Source: Balanoglossus misakiensis (lineage: Eukaryota > Animalia > Hemichordata). Taken from it: a stretch of 43,204 nt of DNA. The stretch is from the NCBI GenBank assembly GCA_040954595.2, contig JBECUI020000064.1, positions 1 through 43,204 of the forward strand. Direction: 5' to 3'. The position numbers and the translations under genes were made by a program. Shown piece after piece: positions 11,977-25,392 of the stretch (within the stretch, counting starts at the first letter, position 1; every line of letters starts with the position of its first letter). The notes beneath the pieces are model-generated. The model was not told the origin of the DNA, searched no databases, and worked only from the letters and a program-made list of their open reading frames with translations.

Positions 11977-14195
11977 ATGGCGCTTGCTGACCTTCAGGGA
12001 GCAGGTTTGATAGGTAAGTTGACATTGCTCATAATATATTGGGTGTTGTGTACCAGGAATGGAGCTACATAATCATATCAATTGACCCCTTCAACTCAAA
12101 GCTCCGATTCGTTGTTACTTTTGAAAACGATCCAGGGCAGCTGAAAAGGGGAGGGGCAACCCGGAAATGGTCGTCGGTGAATGATCTGAAATGGTCATCA
12201 ACGTGTTTTGGGATACAAGGGCATCACTTTTGATGTTTTCATTTACATGCAGAAAAAGACAGACATGGTGATGTGTTGTGGACATGGTCGTATCCAGCAA
12301 TAACACCGGACAAACGAAATCTCCTGTTGAAGAAATGTTGTTTGAAAGCAGACAGTGACAGTGTGGTTACATTTGTCTATGGGCAGTTCGGAAGACAATG
12401 GCATTATATCTACACTGCGCCAGTAGAAGAATCCAAAGTTTTATCCAAGGTAAAAACAACCATGGTAGGGTAGGAGTTCAATATTGCCATATAATAATTT
12501 AAGGTCAAGACTACAGTTGGTATCTAGTACCTCCATGGTATCAGTGAGTGAACACAATTTGACAACAAACTACATTACATGATCATGTTGGTATCATAAT
12601 TCATTTCAACATTTTCAGGTGAAATACATTTCTCTTGTGCTGCTGTCCAGAGATTACAATCCAGAAAAATATGAAACACTTTGTCAGATTTTAAGCAAAG
12701 CCTACAAAGAAACTGGCAACCCGGCAACACTCTTAGAAAGCTATCTCTCAGTACTAACTAAAGGGTCTTGTCCAAGTGAAGACAATGGAACTTTTGTAGT
12801 CAAGGAGTATGATGTGCGGAAAGCATATGTGGCAGCATCTATCAAAGGTCAGAGGCCGAAGGTTATTCTTCTGGGTCAAATTGTACCCATTAATTTATAA
12901 AAATATGAACATTCTGATAACATATTGTCTTTATAGTAGAAAATGTGATTGTAAATTTCAGAAAGGAAGTCTGTCATCACAAGTCTTGAAATAGAGTGTA
13001 TATGGTCATCATAAGTGATTGTTTTCCGATATCATTTCAGATGTAATCAATGTGTTTGGAGTTGAAACCATATTAATCTACACAGCATTGTTGCTGAAAA
13101 AAAGAATTGCAGTTTATCATTCAAGGTTAGAAGACTTGCTTGAGTTTACAAGGTACGTCATCGGTATGATGAATGAATTTGCTGTTATTTGCCATCTTGT
13201 CCTAATACCCCTTTGCCAGCCAAGATCTCACAATTACACCATTCTTACTTGATAGAGCTCTTCCGACATTAGTGTGGCACCGACAGAACTGGTCCATCTT
13301 GTTTCCATATGTACATCTTGACCCAGAAGAGGAAGCAGACTGCCAGAGCAATGTGACCTACATACTTGGCAGCTTAGATCCAAGCATAGAAACAAGATCA
13401 GATCTTTATGATCTGTTTGTAAACGTACCAAACCAGGAAATCATTGTTGCAACACAAGCCAAAGGTATGACGCCTAGTTTTATTTGTAAAGCAAAGTGAA
13501 CACAAAGTTTGCAGACATGACAGTAGTTTTTGGTGCATGAAACCGGGTAAAAACAAATGGTTGCAATGCAGTTTGATTGTAGCTGTAGGTGGCGCTGTCC
13601 AAACTATGCTGTAAGCTGTGATTTTCTATATTGAAAAAAAACACACCTCCTTTTATAGTAATACGAACATGGAAAATACATCAGATACCTGTGCAAATTC
13701 TCTATTAATGTAATTGACACAAAGTTCATATTTTCCCCACAGAGGCACTGAGTATGGGAAAGCTTCACAAAGAGATTGCACAGATTATGGTGCAGAGTGC
13801 AGAAGATACAGACAAGAGTAACCAACAAGTTATTAAGGTCAGTTCAGTTTACAATACAAGATGGTTTCATACTCCAAATGTGTGTATTCACTATGTCTTC
13901 TGGTTTCCTATAAAAATTACCAGTTTGTTGATGATTCCTGAACTGATAAATACATTGATACAACGTACAGAAATGGTTGTAACATTTTCTTCTTCCTCCC
14001 CATGCCCCTGACACCATCCAGGAGATTGCAGTGAAAACAAAAGAAGTCATCAACATTTTAAAGTCACTTGCAACTCCGAATGAAGATGGAAAATCCAAGA
14101 TCACCTTGGAAGTCATCAAAGAACAACAGAAGTCAGCAGTCATGGAAAATTTCCTCTTCAACTTGGCAACGGCAGAGGGGTTGGTTCAGTTCTGA
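11977..14195 (+). CDS. DENND10: DENN domain-containing protein 10 (FAM45A), 7 exons, 350 aa
   Basis: Exons 11977-12013, 12253-12449, 12619-12847, 13041-13152, 13256-13464, 13743-13837 and 14022-14195. Motifs [62 protein letters not shown] and ENFLFNLA match FAM45A as I recall it. Confidence 0.95.
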
Positions 14196-14576
14196 GAACA
14201 GCCAATGTGGCTGCTGTCTCTTTTTCCAGTTGCTGCACCACCCTGAACAAAGAACGTAAAATCTTACAATGCAAAATTGGTATGAATGTAAAAAGGTTTT
14301 AAAATTTAGCTTTATATAGCTAAATATACTTTATACATAGCTGGCCTAAAGTCATGGGATTCTGATGGCTCAGGATATAAATGTACAAAAGAGCCAAGAA
14401 AAACAAGAAATTTGACACAATTTCAAGCTAAAAGCACATTTCTTTCTTATATGATTCAAAAGTTATTAACTTCAAGACTTCATGTTGCTTTCTGAATGAT
14501 GACTGCCAGATTTGATGACATTTCTTAAAATATGATTTTTGACATTTTAGACCACTTTATTTCATACATGTATATA

Positions 14577-14582
14577 AATAAA
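14577..14582 (+). terminator. Probable DENND10 polyadenylation signal
   Basis: AATAAA about 380 nt downstream of the stop codon. Confidence 0.45.
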
Positions 14583-16571
14583 CAAGGATTCAGTATCCAG
14601 TTAGATAATTCAGTGTCGTCTATTTAAAGAGGAGAATCTAGCCAATTGAAATATTCATTTCAAAGATGCTATATACACTTTCTTAAAATGATTGCTGATT
14701 GGGGTAAAATCTACAATTTAGTGCGTCACTTAAATACTAACAGCCGGAGCTAAACTTGGCAAAGAGGTCATTTCATTGATTCAATCAAACCCTTACAGTG
14801 GCTGTATATGACCAACAATGTGATGCGTTGGTTTATAAAAGAGATATATGATGGCGTGTAATTGATACACGAAAATCCTAAGTTGAATACTCCGCCCCCT
14901 GGTACCTGGTGAGAAGGCATAATTATTTTCCCCTTTGTGTGTACGAAACGTCCACGGTGAAGGATACGCCTTGTATTGTTATGAACTGGTTTTTCGAGGT
15001 CACGGGTATAAGCACATTTTCTTTTTTGTGCTTGCTCTACTTTCTTTACGTTTCTCTACGTCGAATAGTACCAAAGATGTGTAGATAGGAATTGAATCAT
15101 ACAGAAAGCTTCAACCCAACTACTTTGGGGTGAGAGGGGCTCGTTGCCCTGGTGAAAAATTGGCCACTGTAAAGTTAGCCGCGTTTTCTTTTCTAAGTTG
15201 CATGTGCGCACTTGTCCACGTTCCGCATATATGACAATAAATAATCATTACTAAGCACGGAGCCGAGACGACCTGTCAACACTGTGTCCACCCATGCACT
15301 TCACTGAAGGCTATATACGTCAGAAAGTTGCATGGCGACGAGTTATTGGGGGTGTCCCCTCGAAAACAGTACACTATAAATAGCATTATGCTAGAGTAAG
15401 GCACCGATCGATTGTGAAGTACCAAGAGAGTTACTGTTTACCTGGCTGTCCATAGTTACAGGTTACGTAATCGAAAAGCGCCCGAAAGGGAGAGTGGTTT
15501 TCAGACTCAGAGGAGTGTCAACACAGTGGATGAAAGCATGGCTATATCTACATGACTGAGATAGCCGAGTGACTCACACAGTGTATGCAACAAGACGCAG
15601 CAACCAACAAACCCAAGTCTACTATAGATGTTTCTTGTTTTTTTTGGTAGGTGGATGATATTTACAATTTTTAAACCAGCTTACGTTTCATAAGAAGGCA
15701 AAATGTTGACGGTTGAAGGTCCTCCCTTCCACTTATAACTTCATTAATAACTTTTAAAGATCGTTATCATACTGGGTTGTCATGTTATTCAGCTTGAAAG
15801 GTAGGACACGTTTCCTGTTGAAGAATTCGTGATTTTAACTAACTGCCATCGTTAAAATAAATTGTCAAAGTGACTGAACTGTTGGCATATAGCACCAAAA
15901 GACGCACATATTTGTTTATACACAACATCGCCAGTAAAATGGACATTGGACCAATATATTATTACAGACTTTTCATTAGACAGGTAAAGCCACTGCACGT
16001 ATGCATTCATTGCTTGTGTTCGCTGTCAATGCCGAAGGCGTAGAGTCGCCGTTGTCACAATAGTGGGCCACTTTATCCACTGTTCAGCGTTTGGTTTGTG
16101 AAGCAAAAGTGAAAATCGATAGCGTTGAATACACACAAGGGATTTATTCACCTTCGGATGGGGAATAGGTTCTAGCAGTTGTGTGTGACCATACATATGA
16201 ACACCACTGCAAGAGATTATCGTTATAGTGTTATATTTTGACACAGCTTGGAGACCCTCGTTTATAGGCAGTGGCATTGCAGTCCCGGTACCGATACCTC
16301 AGCCATCAAATTCTTTCTTTGTATGTTATTAAATTGGTCAGCAGAGGCCTTTGCACTACCATGATCATTTCTTTGTATTTTAACGACTCGGTGTTTACTG
16401 CCTGGTTGATAGAGGAACTTTTACGACCTTCTCCGACAGCCTCTGGTATTACTGGCAGTGTCATGTTGTCCCACCATTTATGTTTGCAACTTTCCCCAAA
16501 GTGACGGGGGATAATACTGACTATCTCGACCTTCCGATCAACAGGTGTTAATTCGAACTTGAACTTCAACA

Positions 16572-19500
16572 ATGTCTTACGCGAGAGGAGAAATCACGTT
16601 CGTTACGAAATCGGAGTCCAACCAAGCGCCTGCTAGGGTAAGGACACGTTGTTACCACATTTAACAAACTTTCTTGCCACGTTTCAAAACGGGCAGGATC
16701 GAATGTTGCACTGTAGGAGAAGCTGATCTTCAGTTATCCATCGGGAAATGCTTCGAGAAAGCCTTGAAGTCTGGGATGTTGACACTGCCATCCACCATCA
16801 AAAGCTGGCAGTAGTCAACAAAATAATGATATTTAAGAGTATTCAATTATTAATTCTCAGAAAATGTTTTTTTGCAGTTTATTCTAGTTGCTGACGAGTT
16901 GGACTACAAAGAGGCGGCCAGAAATGTGCTGGGAATTATGCTGATAGAATGGGGCTTTACCAAACCACAACTCATGATATCAGTTGTTGGTGGATCACGG
17001 AGATTTAACGTCAAGGAGAATCAAAAGAACGTGTTTGTTGATGGCATAAGACAGGTGAGCTAGTTTTATTTATAAAAACTAACACAAACATTCCAAGACA
17101 ATTAGACATAGTCATGTGAAATGTACCACGTTCTACCCTTTCCATAACACAGCAGTAACAGACTTATACCTAGCAAATTGACAAACGTTACTGTTTATTC
17201 TTTGCTGATGTGGCCAATTAATGATATTTCCTCCGTTTTTATTAATTGCAGCTTACAAAGTCTACGGGTACCACGTGGTTGATGACGTCGGGGTCAAATG
17301 TTGGCGCTGTCACTTTGGTCGGGGAAGCGATGACGCGAATCAGCGTCAAAGTTCGCGACAAAGTTTCCTGCATCGGCGTCACAAGTTGGAGTGGCATCGA
17401 CGGCAAAGAAACTATCATCCAACGCCGCAAAAAGGTAGAAAAAACGTTTAAGTTGTGACGAAATAATCTGTTTTGTTTTGTCAAGCATTCTTCTCCGTGT
17501 TACGGTTCTGGCCCCATGACCGACAATCTTTGCATGGGGTGAGGGGTTCCATTCTTATTTATTCACATCTATCATCATCTCGAAACAGAACAGACCGTCG
17601 ATGTTCCTTAAGAAGACAGAAGGCGGAACGCACAATGTTGCCATGGTACCTGATGAAGGAAGTGATCGATCTAACAACGGTATTGCAATGACCCAAGTGG
17701 AACCGTTCAAAGGCACAGATTCCGAGGTAAAATTCTCTTGGTCTTACCTCTTCGTAAACTATGTTGAATAAATAAAAAAATGTTAATAAAACCTTTGAAT
17801 TTTGAAACGATTCTCTTTTTTATCTCCAGCACTTTTATTCCGGGACTTACAAACCACCGCAGCTGAAGAAAGCGGGACCAGTCCCGTTAAACCCTTACCA
17901 CACGCATTTCATCTTTGTCAAGAAAGACGACCCCGACGACGAAGAACACTTCCGAGTGAAACTCTGGGCCGAAATTCAGAAATTGTTGACGTCTGGTTCC
18001 TTAGGTGCGTGAAAAGACCCTCTATAGACGATTTTCTCTGTCTTGAAACTTTTGAATGGCATTTAAGAGTCCATAACTTTCACGTATATGGCAGACATGA
18101 TGCAGACGCATTCAGATGTTATCCTTTCCGTTCCACTCTGCAGGTCCAGACGATCGACCCGCTGCGGTTGTCATGATTCAGTTGGAAGGCGGCATCGACA
18201 CGACGAGAACGGTCAGAAACAGCCTGAAGAAGAACACGCCAATCATCATTTGTGAGGGGACAGGACGGGCGTCCAATTATCTCTCGTATGCCTGTAAACA
18301 CTGTGACCGCCTCGAGTGAGTATCCCCGTTATTTTTCTCAATATTGTGCCAATTGTTATATAACCCTTCGGTATACCGTTCTGAATACTTGAATGACACC
18401 TGTTGATTTGCATGCTCTGCAGTGATCTGTTGGAGCGATATCCGGGTTACTTCGGGAAAATGATCGACGCGGCGCATCCTGGTGTCAGCGCCAAGGAACA
18501 CAAGACGTTATTGGATCAGTTGTTAAACTACATCGAAGATGTCATGGAAATGAAGAAATTGGTGAGTCCGATGCTTTTGAATTTACTCGGGCTGGCAACC
18601 GCAAAATTCTAGGTTAATTTGACCGTCGTATTCTTCAGCAGTTTCATTCATTTGTTACATTATTTTAGCCAGGTGGTTCTTTAATAATGTTCATGATATT
18701 GACAGGTTGAAGTCTTCAATATGGACGGAGAATTAGAAATGGCCGGATTTGATCTTGCAGTTCTTCGGGCATTGCTGAGAGGTTTGTTTGAACTTGCTTC
18801 GCTTAAAGATTTTTTGCACGAAGAAACCACACGGATTTGTACCACAAAGGATATTGTGTCGGTATTACTCTAATATTCGTCTTTTATAAGTTAAAATAAC
18901 ATCACGTATATGAATGCATTTTAGCGCGTGGTGTGAGCAAAGAGTATCTACGATTGGCATTTGACTGGAACCGTTGCGACATTGCCGAAGAAATGTTCAA
19001 ACAAGACACGATCAATCTTCGCGACTCAGATGTAAGTGAGGATTTACTTGTTTATCAGCGTTTTTTAAAGCCAAGCGTCTCATCAATGTCGTGGGAATCT
19101 TTGGTAGTTTAGGCCTTATATCAAGGATAGTTCCACAACAATAGATATTTACGTGAAAGTGACTTTTAATTCGATTATTTCCAGACACAAGCATTGATGA
19201 CACGTGCTCTTCTTGAACGCGAAAACCGAGTTGGATTTGTCTCTCTGCTCATAGAAAACGGACTCGCTCTGGACGAATATCTCACCATCGGTCGCCTGGA
19301 ACATCTTTACCAATCGGTAAGTGCGTAACACAGTGCTTCAACTGTCACGGCGAAAGATAGTCAAACAGTCCACAAATCAGTTAAATTATAGAAGGGATTA
19401 TCAAATACTTCTCCTGGCAACATCACAGTTCCATCATGGCGGCCATTTCACCACGCACGTTAGATTTTCGATGAGTCTTATTTCCTGTGTATTTCGGAGT

Positions 19501-22500
19501 ATTTCTTCATATATTGAATTCTAACAGTCTTATCCGATTTTTTTATTTCCCAGCATGCAAACAAAAGTTTGATTCCAGAAATTAAAGAGGTAAGCAGTTC
19601 CTAGATCATTATCAGACGGTTCATCACTCATTATTGGCCGAAGATGACGAATCGGCTTCTATCGTGAGCACTAAGCACAAGATTTCCTTTCGTTGATTTA
19701 TACACCGAGCAGAACATATGACGCTGTTGATGACAGGTTACTGGCAACTAACATATTGTAAACTGAACAGTGTTTTAGCACTCCAAGCAAATTCCGTAAC
19801 TATGTTTATTCTCTCTTTTTGCAGAAAGGAGTGAAAATTTCTTACAAACGCGACATCTCACCACTCATAGGAAATCTCATGGAAAGTTATTATACGCCTC
19901 CCGAATGTAAGTTTGAATTTATCTCTGGACTTCATTTATCTGTTAAATTCCTTATTTATATAGCCACATAGTTCATTTACATATACAGTCTTCAGGAGAC
20001 TCTTTGCCATAGATATGATTGATTCCCATTTTCTTCCTCCAGTGCTTCCAGGAAACAGATTCGAGAAGCCGTACCGTGAATTGCTGATATGGTCCATTCT
20101 GGCCAACAGGTTGGTTTTTACATCTCTAACTGTTGCAAAACCTCTGATTTCTCTCATTGCTGTACCGTACATGAATAGCTATGATGATGTGTATAGTCAC
20201 TCCATTGTATCACGGATGGGACGAGAGTTCCGGAGCGTCAATGTACACCTGATGTCCCGTCACCATGGTGTTTTTTCTTTCTGCAGACCTGAAATTACTG
20301 AATACATGTGGGAAAACGCGTCCGAGCCTCTATCGCTGGCCCTTGTCGCTACCAGACTCTATCGGTCGATCGAGTCACTGACAGCGGACCCGGATGAAGC
20401 CGCCAAGTGTGCGGCATCTGCCGAGTGAGTGTCCTGTGTTATGCGTTACTTTGATGTGAATTAAAAATCTACGATTTAACAATATTGTGGACTAGATTAT
20501 ACACATAATACAGAATCCTGTTAGAGGTTTTATGCACATGGATGATATGTTTATGACATTTTCGACCTGTCACCCTTTCAGTGCGTTTGAACGAAACGTC
20601 TGCGACTACTTGACTGCTCTCAATGCCTTGGACGAGGATGTAACGGGAACGATCCTCCGAAGTACATGTCCGTCGTGGGGTAACCAAGCATCGCTTGATC
20701 TCGGCGCCATTGCAGAGAGCAAGGTAAATATTTCCAATGATTCATTTTTGTGAATGTAATGATCAGTTACTCGGACTGTTCATAAAATGTGATAGGTTGG
20801 AAACTTATTCGATTTTCTTTCCTTATTTTTTTTACCTGCAGGAATTTTTGTCACACACGCGCTGTCAAGAAATGTTAGAAGAGAGATGGAACGGGAAGCT
20901 TCTACATCCAAATCATCTCAGGGTATCTACACTTGCTACGAGTTTGACACACTCGTCAAATTCTCTTTTTCTCAACGAAACTGAAAAATATCACTTTAAT
21001 TATCATCCACATGAACAAAGAAAAGCTGGGATTATTTTGTGGGAAACTGAAACAAAATGTTAGATTTCGACGCACATCTTACTTTACGCACTATTTCCCC
21101 ACAGGTTTTCATAGTGGTGCTGTTTCCATTTTTACTTCTAACGACATCGTATCCAAAGTTTAAAACCGGTAGGTATAGGTCTGCTGTAAAGTTTGTGCAA
21201 ATCTGTCATCTGCGAATATTCTTGCATGTTCTTGTGAGGCCATTACTTTTGCTCGTCTTCAATCACTAACATGCTTATTTCTTCCTCCTCTGTTGCAGAT
21301 ATGAACTTTTTCAGAAGAGTTATTGGGTTTTACTGTGCTCCTATTACAAAATTTGTGGTTAACTGGGTAAGTAGACATGTAATTAATTTTATGAGCCCAT
21401 TTTGAATTTAAACATTTTAAGTAGAAGTATATTGAACGAGTGGTCTCTGTGTATTGGCATTGTATCTTAATTCACCTGATGAAGTTTTGTACACATTAAA
21501 CAAATGATTCGGCCAAATATAAATCTCGTATTAATCATGTCGTGTTTTATTTCAGGTCGCCACGTTTTTATTTTTAGTTTTCTACAGTTACATGACTTTG
21601 TATTATACACCAGAAGTGGGCTTGTGGGACATCCTATTGCATGTCTGGGTTCTTACTTTGCTTTTCGAGGAATTAAGACAGGTAAGAGGTCCTTAGTGAT
21701 GGATATTGGTTTTTGAGTTGTTTGCTGTTGATGATGATGATGATGATGATGAAGATGATGATGATGACACCCATTGTACTTTCCTTATTTTCTTCAGATA
21801 CTAATCCCGCGGAATGAGTACGAATCTATCGGTCAACGATTTCGAGGTTGGCTGTCAATATTCTGGAACTGGATGGATCTGATATCATTGCTCCTAACGT
21901 TGGCTGCTTTCCTGATCCGCTTCAACACACTGGAGGAACCCTGGACCTATGACGTCAGCAGAAACCTCTACGCCATTGCCTGCACCATACTCTGGATACG
22001 GATATTGCAGATGTACCAGTCAAATAAGAAACTTGGTCCTTTCTTGATCATGATCAAAGAAATGGTAAGTTACGCAGTCTCGAATTCTGACTGGTCCACT
22101 ATGATCATGCATTGCGCGGAATATTTTACTAATTTAACAGTTTTACAATTGAAGAAAAATCAAGGCTATAACTGTTTGGTTAATTGTACTAAAATATACC
22201 AATTTTGCCAGAGCGAGGTACATGGAATAGGGCAGCTCACGGGTATTGTCTTGTTATATTCTTTCAAATATTGCTGTAAACGCTAGATTTCTGTTGTGAT
22301 CTGTAATGAACATGGCTTGCTTTACAGATGTGGGCTCTTTACTGGTTTCTGTTGGTTCTGGTCGTATTTGTGATTGCCTTTGGAGTCGCTGGGATCGCAA
22401 TCCTTTCGCCCAACAACCCGTCCGTAAAAGTAATCCGTGATATCTTCTTCTACCCGTATTACCAAGTTGCCGTCGGTGACTGGCAGACCTACACCGACGC

Positions 22501-23780
22501 CATCTATGGTGACAATGCAGGTGGGTTTGAGTCTGCTCTCTCTCTTTCTCTCTCTCTCTTTCTCTCTCTCTCTCCTCTTCCCCCTCTCTTACCGGTAATG
22601 TCACACAACGTTATTAATTCTTAGATACCTTTTGTATTGCATTTTAGATACGGAGTTACATTCAATCGACGGTTATGTCTATTCCGTCTTGCTTGCTCTT
22701 TACATCTTGATCGGGAACGTCTTACTTCTCAACCTGCTCATCGCAATATTCAGGTATGTCATCAATAAATCACAATATCCATATGCGAATAAAAAGATCC
22801 AAATTGATCTCACTCCTAATGCCTGCACACACATCTAACCGCGTCATTCTCTTCGCAGCACCGTTTACAACAAAGTAGAGAACAATTCTCTGACCGAATG
22901 GAAGTACAACAGGTATTACATCATCACCGAGTTCGAAGACATACCACCTTTACCAGCGCCGTTGATTGTGTTGGGTCACGTGTATCGATTGGTCATGTGG
23001 GCTGGGAAGTTTTGCAAGATCGAAACTCAGGGTAGGCCTAACACGGATTTCATATTTTAAGTCGGAGTGTATGTCTTAGTGTTAATTTAAAACATACCAG
23101 TCCCCGACCGTGACAATATTTATTGCACGTAGTGGAAAGTGTGGTTTCTAACCCATCTTCATTACTCAAGATGCTTTCATACCATTGACTGACTGACTGA
23201 CTGACTGACTGATCGAACGACCAACCGACCGATTTGTTGGCTGGTTGATGGATTGATTGATTCGTAAAGGTGAATAGAATCAATCCAACTGCAGTGTAGA
23301 TGCAGGAGTTTTGATGAGACACAGACTTGAGATAAGTAGACTCTGGATTGATTGATTGATTGATTCATATATCTATTCCACACACAGTAAGTGATGACGA
23401 AAAGGCCAGAATCTGGTACGAACAAAACGAACTCAAGAAGTACCAGTCGGAAGCCATGGACAACTACCAACTAAACGCCAAGAAGAAACAGGAAAGCAGC
23501 AGTGAGGAGTCTTTGAAGAAACTCGACGAAAGGTAAACATTCTTTCTTAGACATTCCACCATAAGTCTCATCAGCTCACGTAGTTGACCACCAACATACA
23601 CATATAGACAAAAATAAAAACCGCGGAGACTACTTTAATATTTCAAAAGTTTACGTTTGTACCGGCATTTCATGAACTTATACCTCCTTTGTCTTTTCAC
23701 CTAGGTTACGAATGCTGCTGGAGAAAGTGAGAGGTCTTGAAGAAGAACAGAAAGTTCTGGTGAAGAAACGCGACACATGA
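16572..23780 (+). CDS. TRPM/TRPS-like transient receptor potential cation channel, 25 exons, 1042 aa
   Basis: Exons 16572-16637, 16878-17054, 17252-17434, 17589-17726, 17830-18004, 18144-18315, 18423-18561, 18706-18781, 18925-19031, 19185-19316, 19554-19589, 19825-19906, 20043-20109, 20287-20424, 20582-20723, 20842-20922, 21105-21168, 21299-21366, 21556-21681, 21798-22064, 22328-22520, 22648-22753, 22859-23031, 23388-23532, 23705-23780. All are GT-AG with consistent phases. SLOG/MHR motifs (PQLMISVVGG, LNPYHTHFIFV, GTGRAS, LAFDWNRCDIA, PYRELLIWSILANR), six TM segments (WNWMD, LGPFLIMI, NVLLLNLLIAIFS), TRP box WKYNR, PPLPAP and a terminal coiled coil. An in-frame TGA lies just upstream of the ATG. 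Confidence 0.93.
21729..21767. repeat. (GAT)n microsatellite
   Basis: About 13 GAT units with one interruption, in a TRP-channel intron. Confidence 0.9.
22536..22590. repeat. (CT)n microsatellite
   Basis: Imperfect CT run in a TRP-channel intron. Confidence 0.9.
23184..23365. repeat. (GACT)n/(GATT)n tetranucleotide repeat patches
   Basis: GACT run at about 23187-23210, and GATT runs at about 23250-23262 and 23346-23365. Confidence 0.85.
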
Positions 23781-24276
23781 GAAAGAGAAAAGAGAGGGGG
23801 AGTTGGGAAGAAAAGAGGGGAAGAGAGAGATAGATATTTGAAAAGGAATACGACGGAAAGTTGAAAGAAATAGTCTGATGAGTCTGAGAAATATCTTTGT
23901 GATAAACAATAATCAGTGAGGAAATTGCAAGAGTTTCTAGGCAGATTTTGGTCAAAATTGTATTTGGCACGAGTTTGTATGTGTGGTAGGACACATTTTC
24001 CTACCAACAAGGTAGTAGGCCTATTTTATTGGCTTTTCAACACGTTTTTTTATTCAAATGATTTATATTGTAATATGATTCTCTGATCTCTGACGCATTT
24101 AGCTTTAATTTTTATATAGACATGACCACATTTACACATGTATCAATAAGACTGTTTTAAATGTAATTTATTATATTGAGATATCTATGAATATGGGAAC
24201 TTGTACTTAAATTTGAAGTATATTCCAGAATTATGTGTACATGTATTTATAAACTGAGTCTGGCGTGAGCTGTTGA

Positions 24277-24282
24277 AATAAA
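24277..24282 (+). terminator. Probable polyadenylation signal of the TRP-channel gene
   Basis: AATAAA about 500 nt after the stop, at the end of an AT-rich tract and before the CpG-rich INPP5A promoter. Confidence 0.45.
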
Positions 24283-24499
24283 AATCACAATGCGAAATTT
24301 TACTCTAATTCGTATGAACTGATTCCTCCGACCTCAAGGTTGTCTAAATTCCGTAGTGATTATCCAAGTGTAGTTGTCAAATACTAGATTGGTGTGTTTA
24401 CTACAGGCCACGGTCCCTCCTATGAACTACCTCATGATTTGCAAATATATGCCAAGCTTGAAAATATGTTTATGTAACCTGTATAATAAACTTTGATCA

Positions 24500-25392
24500 C
24501 TGTCAATGCGGGTGAATCCCACGTGGTCGGCCGAATGAGGTGTCGCCCTCTATAGACACAACCTATGTAACATAAACACACAGACTTTGTCTCGTCAGCA
24601 GTATATGTGTACAAGTACAAGTGTTTTGATGAGGCCTCATTGAAATCGACAAGCAGGTAGCGCAGGACGCCGCGGCAAATTCTCTACGACTGTGTCACTG
24701 TGTATTTATGGAATACCCAAACTAGGTCTCTGCCGGCGCTTAACCGAATCCTTAACCATGCTCCATGCTGGACAAAGTACTGGAAAACGCCAATCTTGTA
24801 GGACGCTAAAATAATTCTCCGTCGCGCTGCGCTGCTGTACTGAAGAAGTCGACGCTCGCTCGCTCGTAAGTTCGTCAGAAAGGATACTCCAGCTGGTGGT
24901 ACTGCTTGATATTCAACAGCGAGAACGTTTTCAACACCCTGTATGCTTTCCGTAACGAAGTGTATCCGGTGATCTGAGCCATGTCCGCTAGCCCAAAGGC
25001 TGTGTGACCCTCAGAAGAACAATTTCTGGGACTGATTAGATTCGAACTCTTTCGCCGGTAAAAAAGCCGGTTGGCTTGCTACGTGTTCGTCGAGTGGTCA
25101 GTTTGTTTGTTTTGGCTATTCTTGTATATTTCACATTGATTTGTCAGGTAAATACTGACCTCACTGTCCAGGTCATCAGAACCCATTCGAGTTATAATTC
25201 TACACTTGAACACTAAATTTCACCCAACTGACCTAGTTCACATCGCTGTCAAAACTCGCCCTTCCTGCGAGATTTTTTTTCGTCGAAAAAGTAAAACGAA
25301 TCCAGTGAAAACGAGAATATCCCAGTTTCGATCGGGAAGAAGCGATTCATCTTTGTCGCCTGCACATACTGATTTACATCTACGAGAGAATC
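24500..25392 (+). promoter_or_regulatory. CpG-rich promoter/5'UTR region of INPP5A
   Basis: CG dinucleotides are dense relative to the flanks. There is an E-box CACGTG near 24519 and several short upstream ATG frames. The TSS cannot be determined. Confidence 0.55.

Noticed and set aside
16026-16572. Two minus-strand ORFs (83 and 88 aa) upstream of the TRP ATG
   Set aside because: No recognisable motifs or splice structure; likely chance or an unrecognisable relic.
23870-23895. CTGATGAGTCTGAGAAA hammerhead-like string in the TRP 3'UTR
   Set aside because: No stem II can form and there is no suitable stem I or III.
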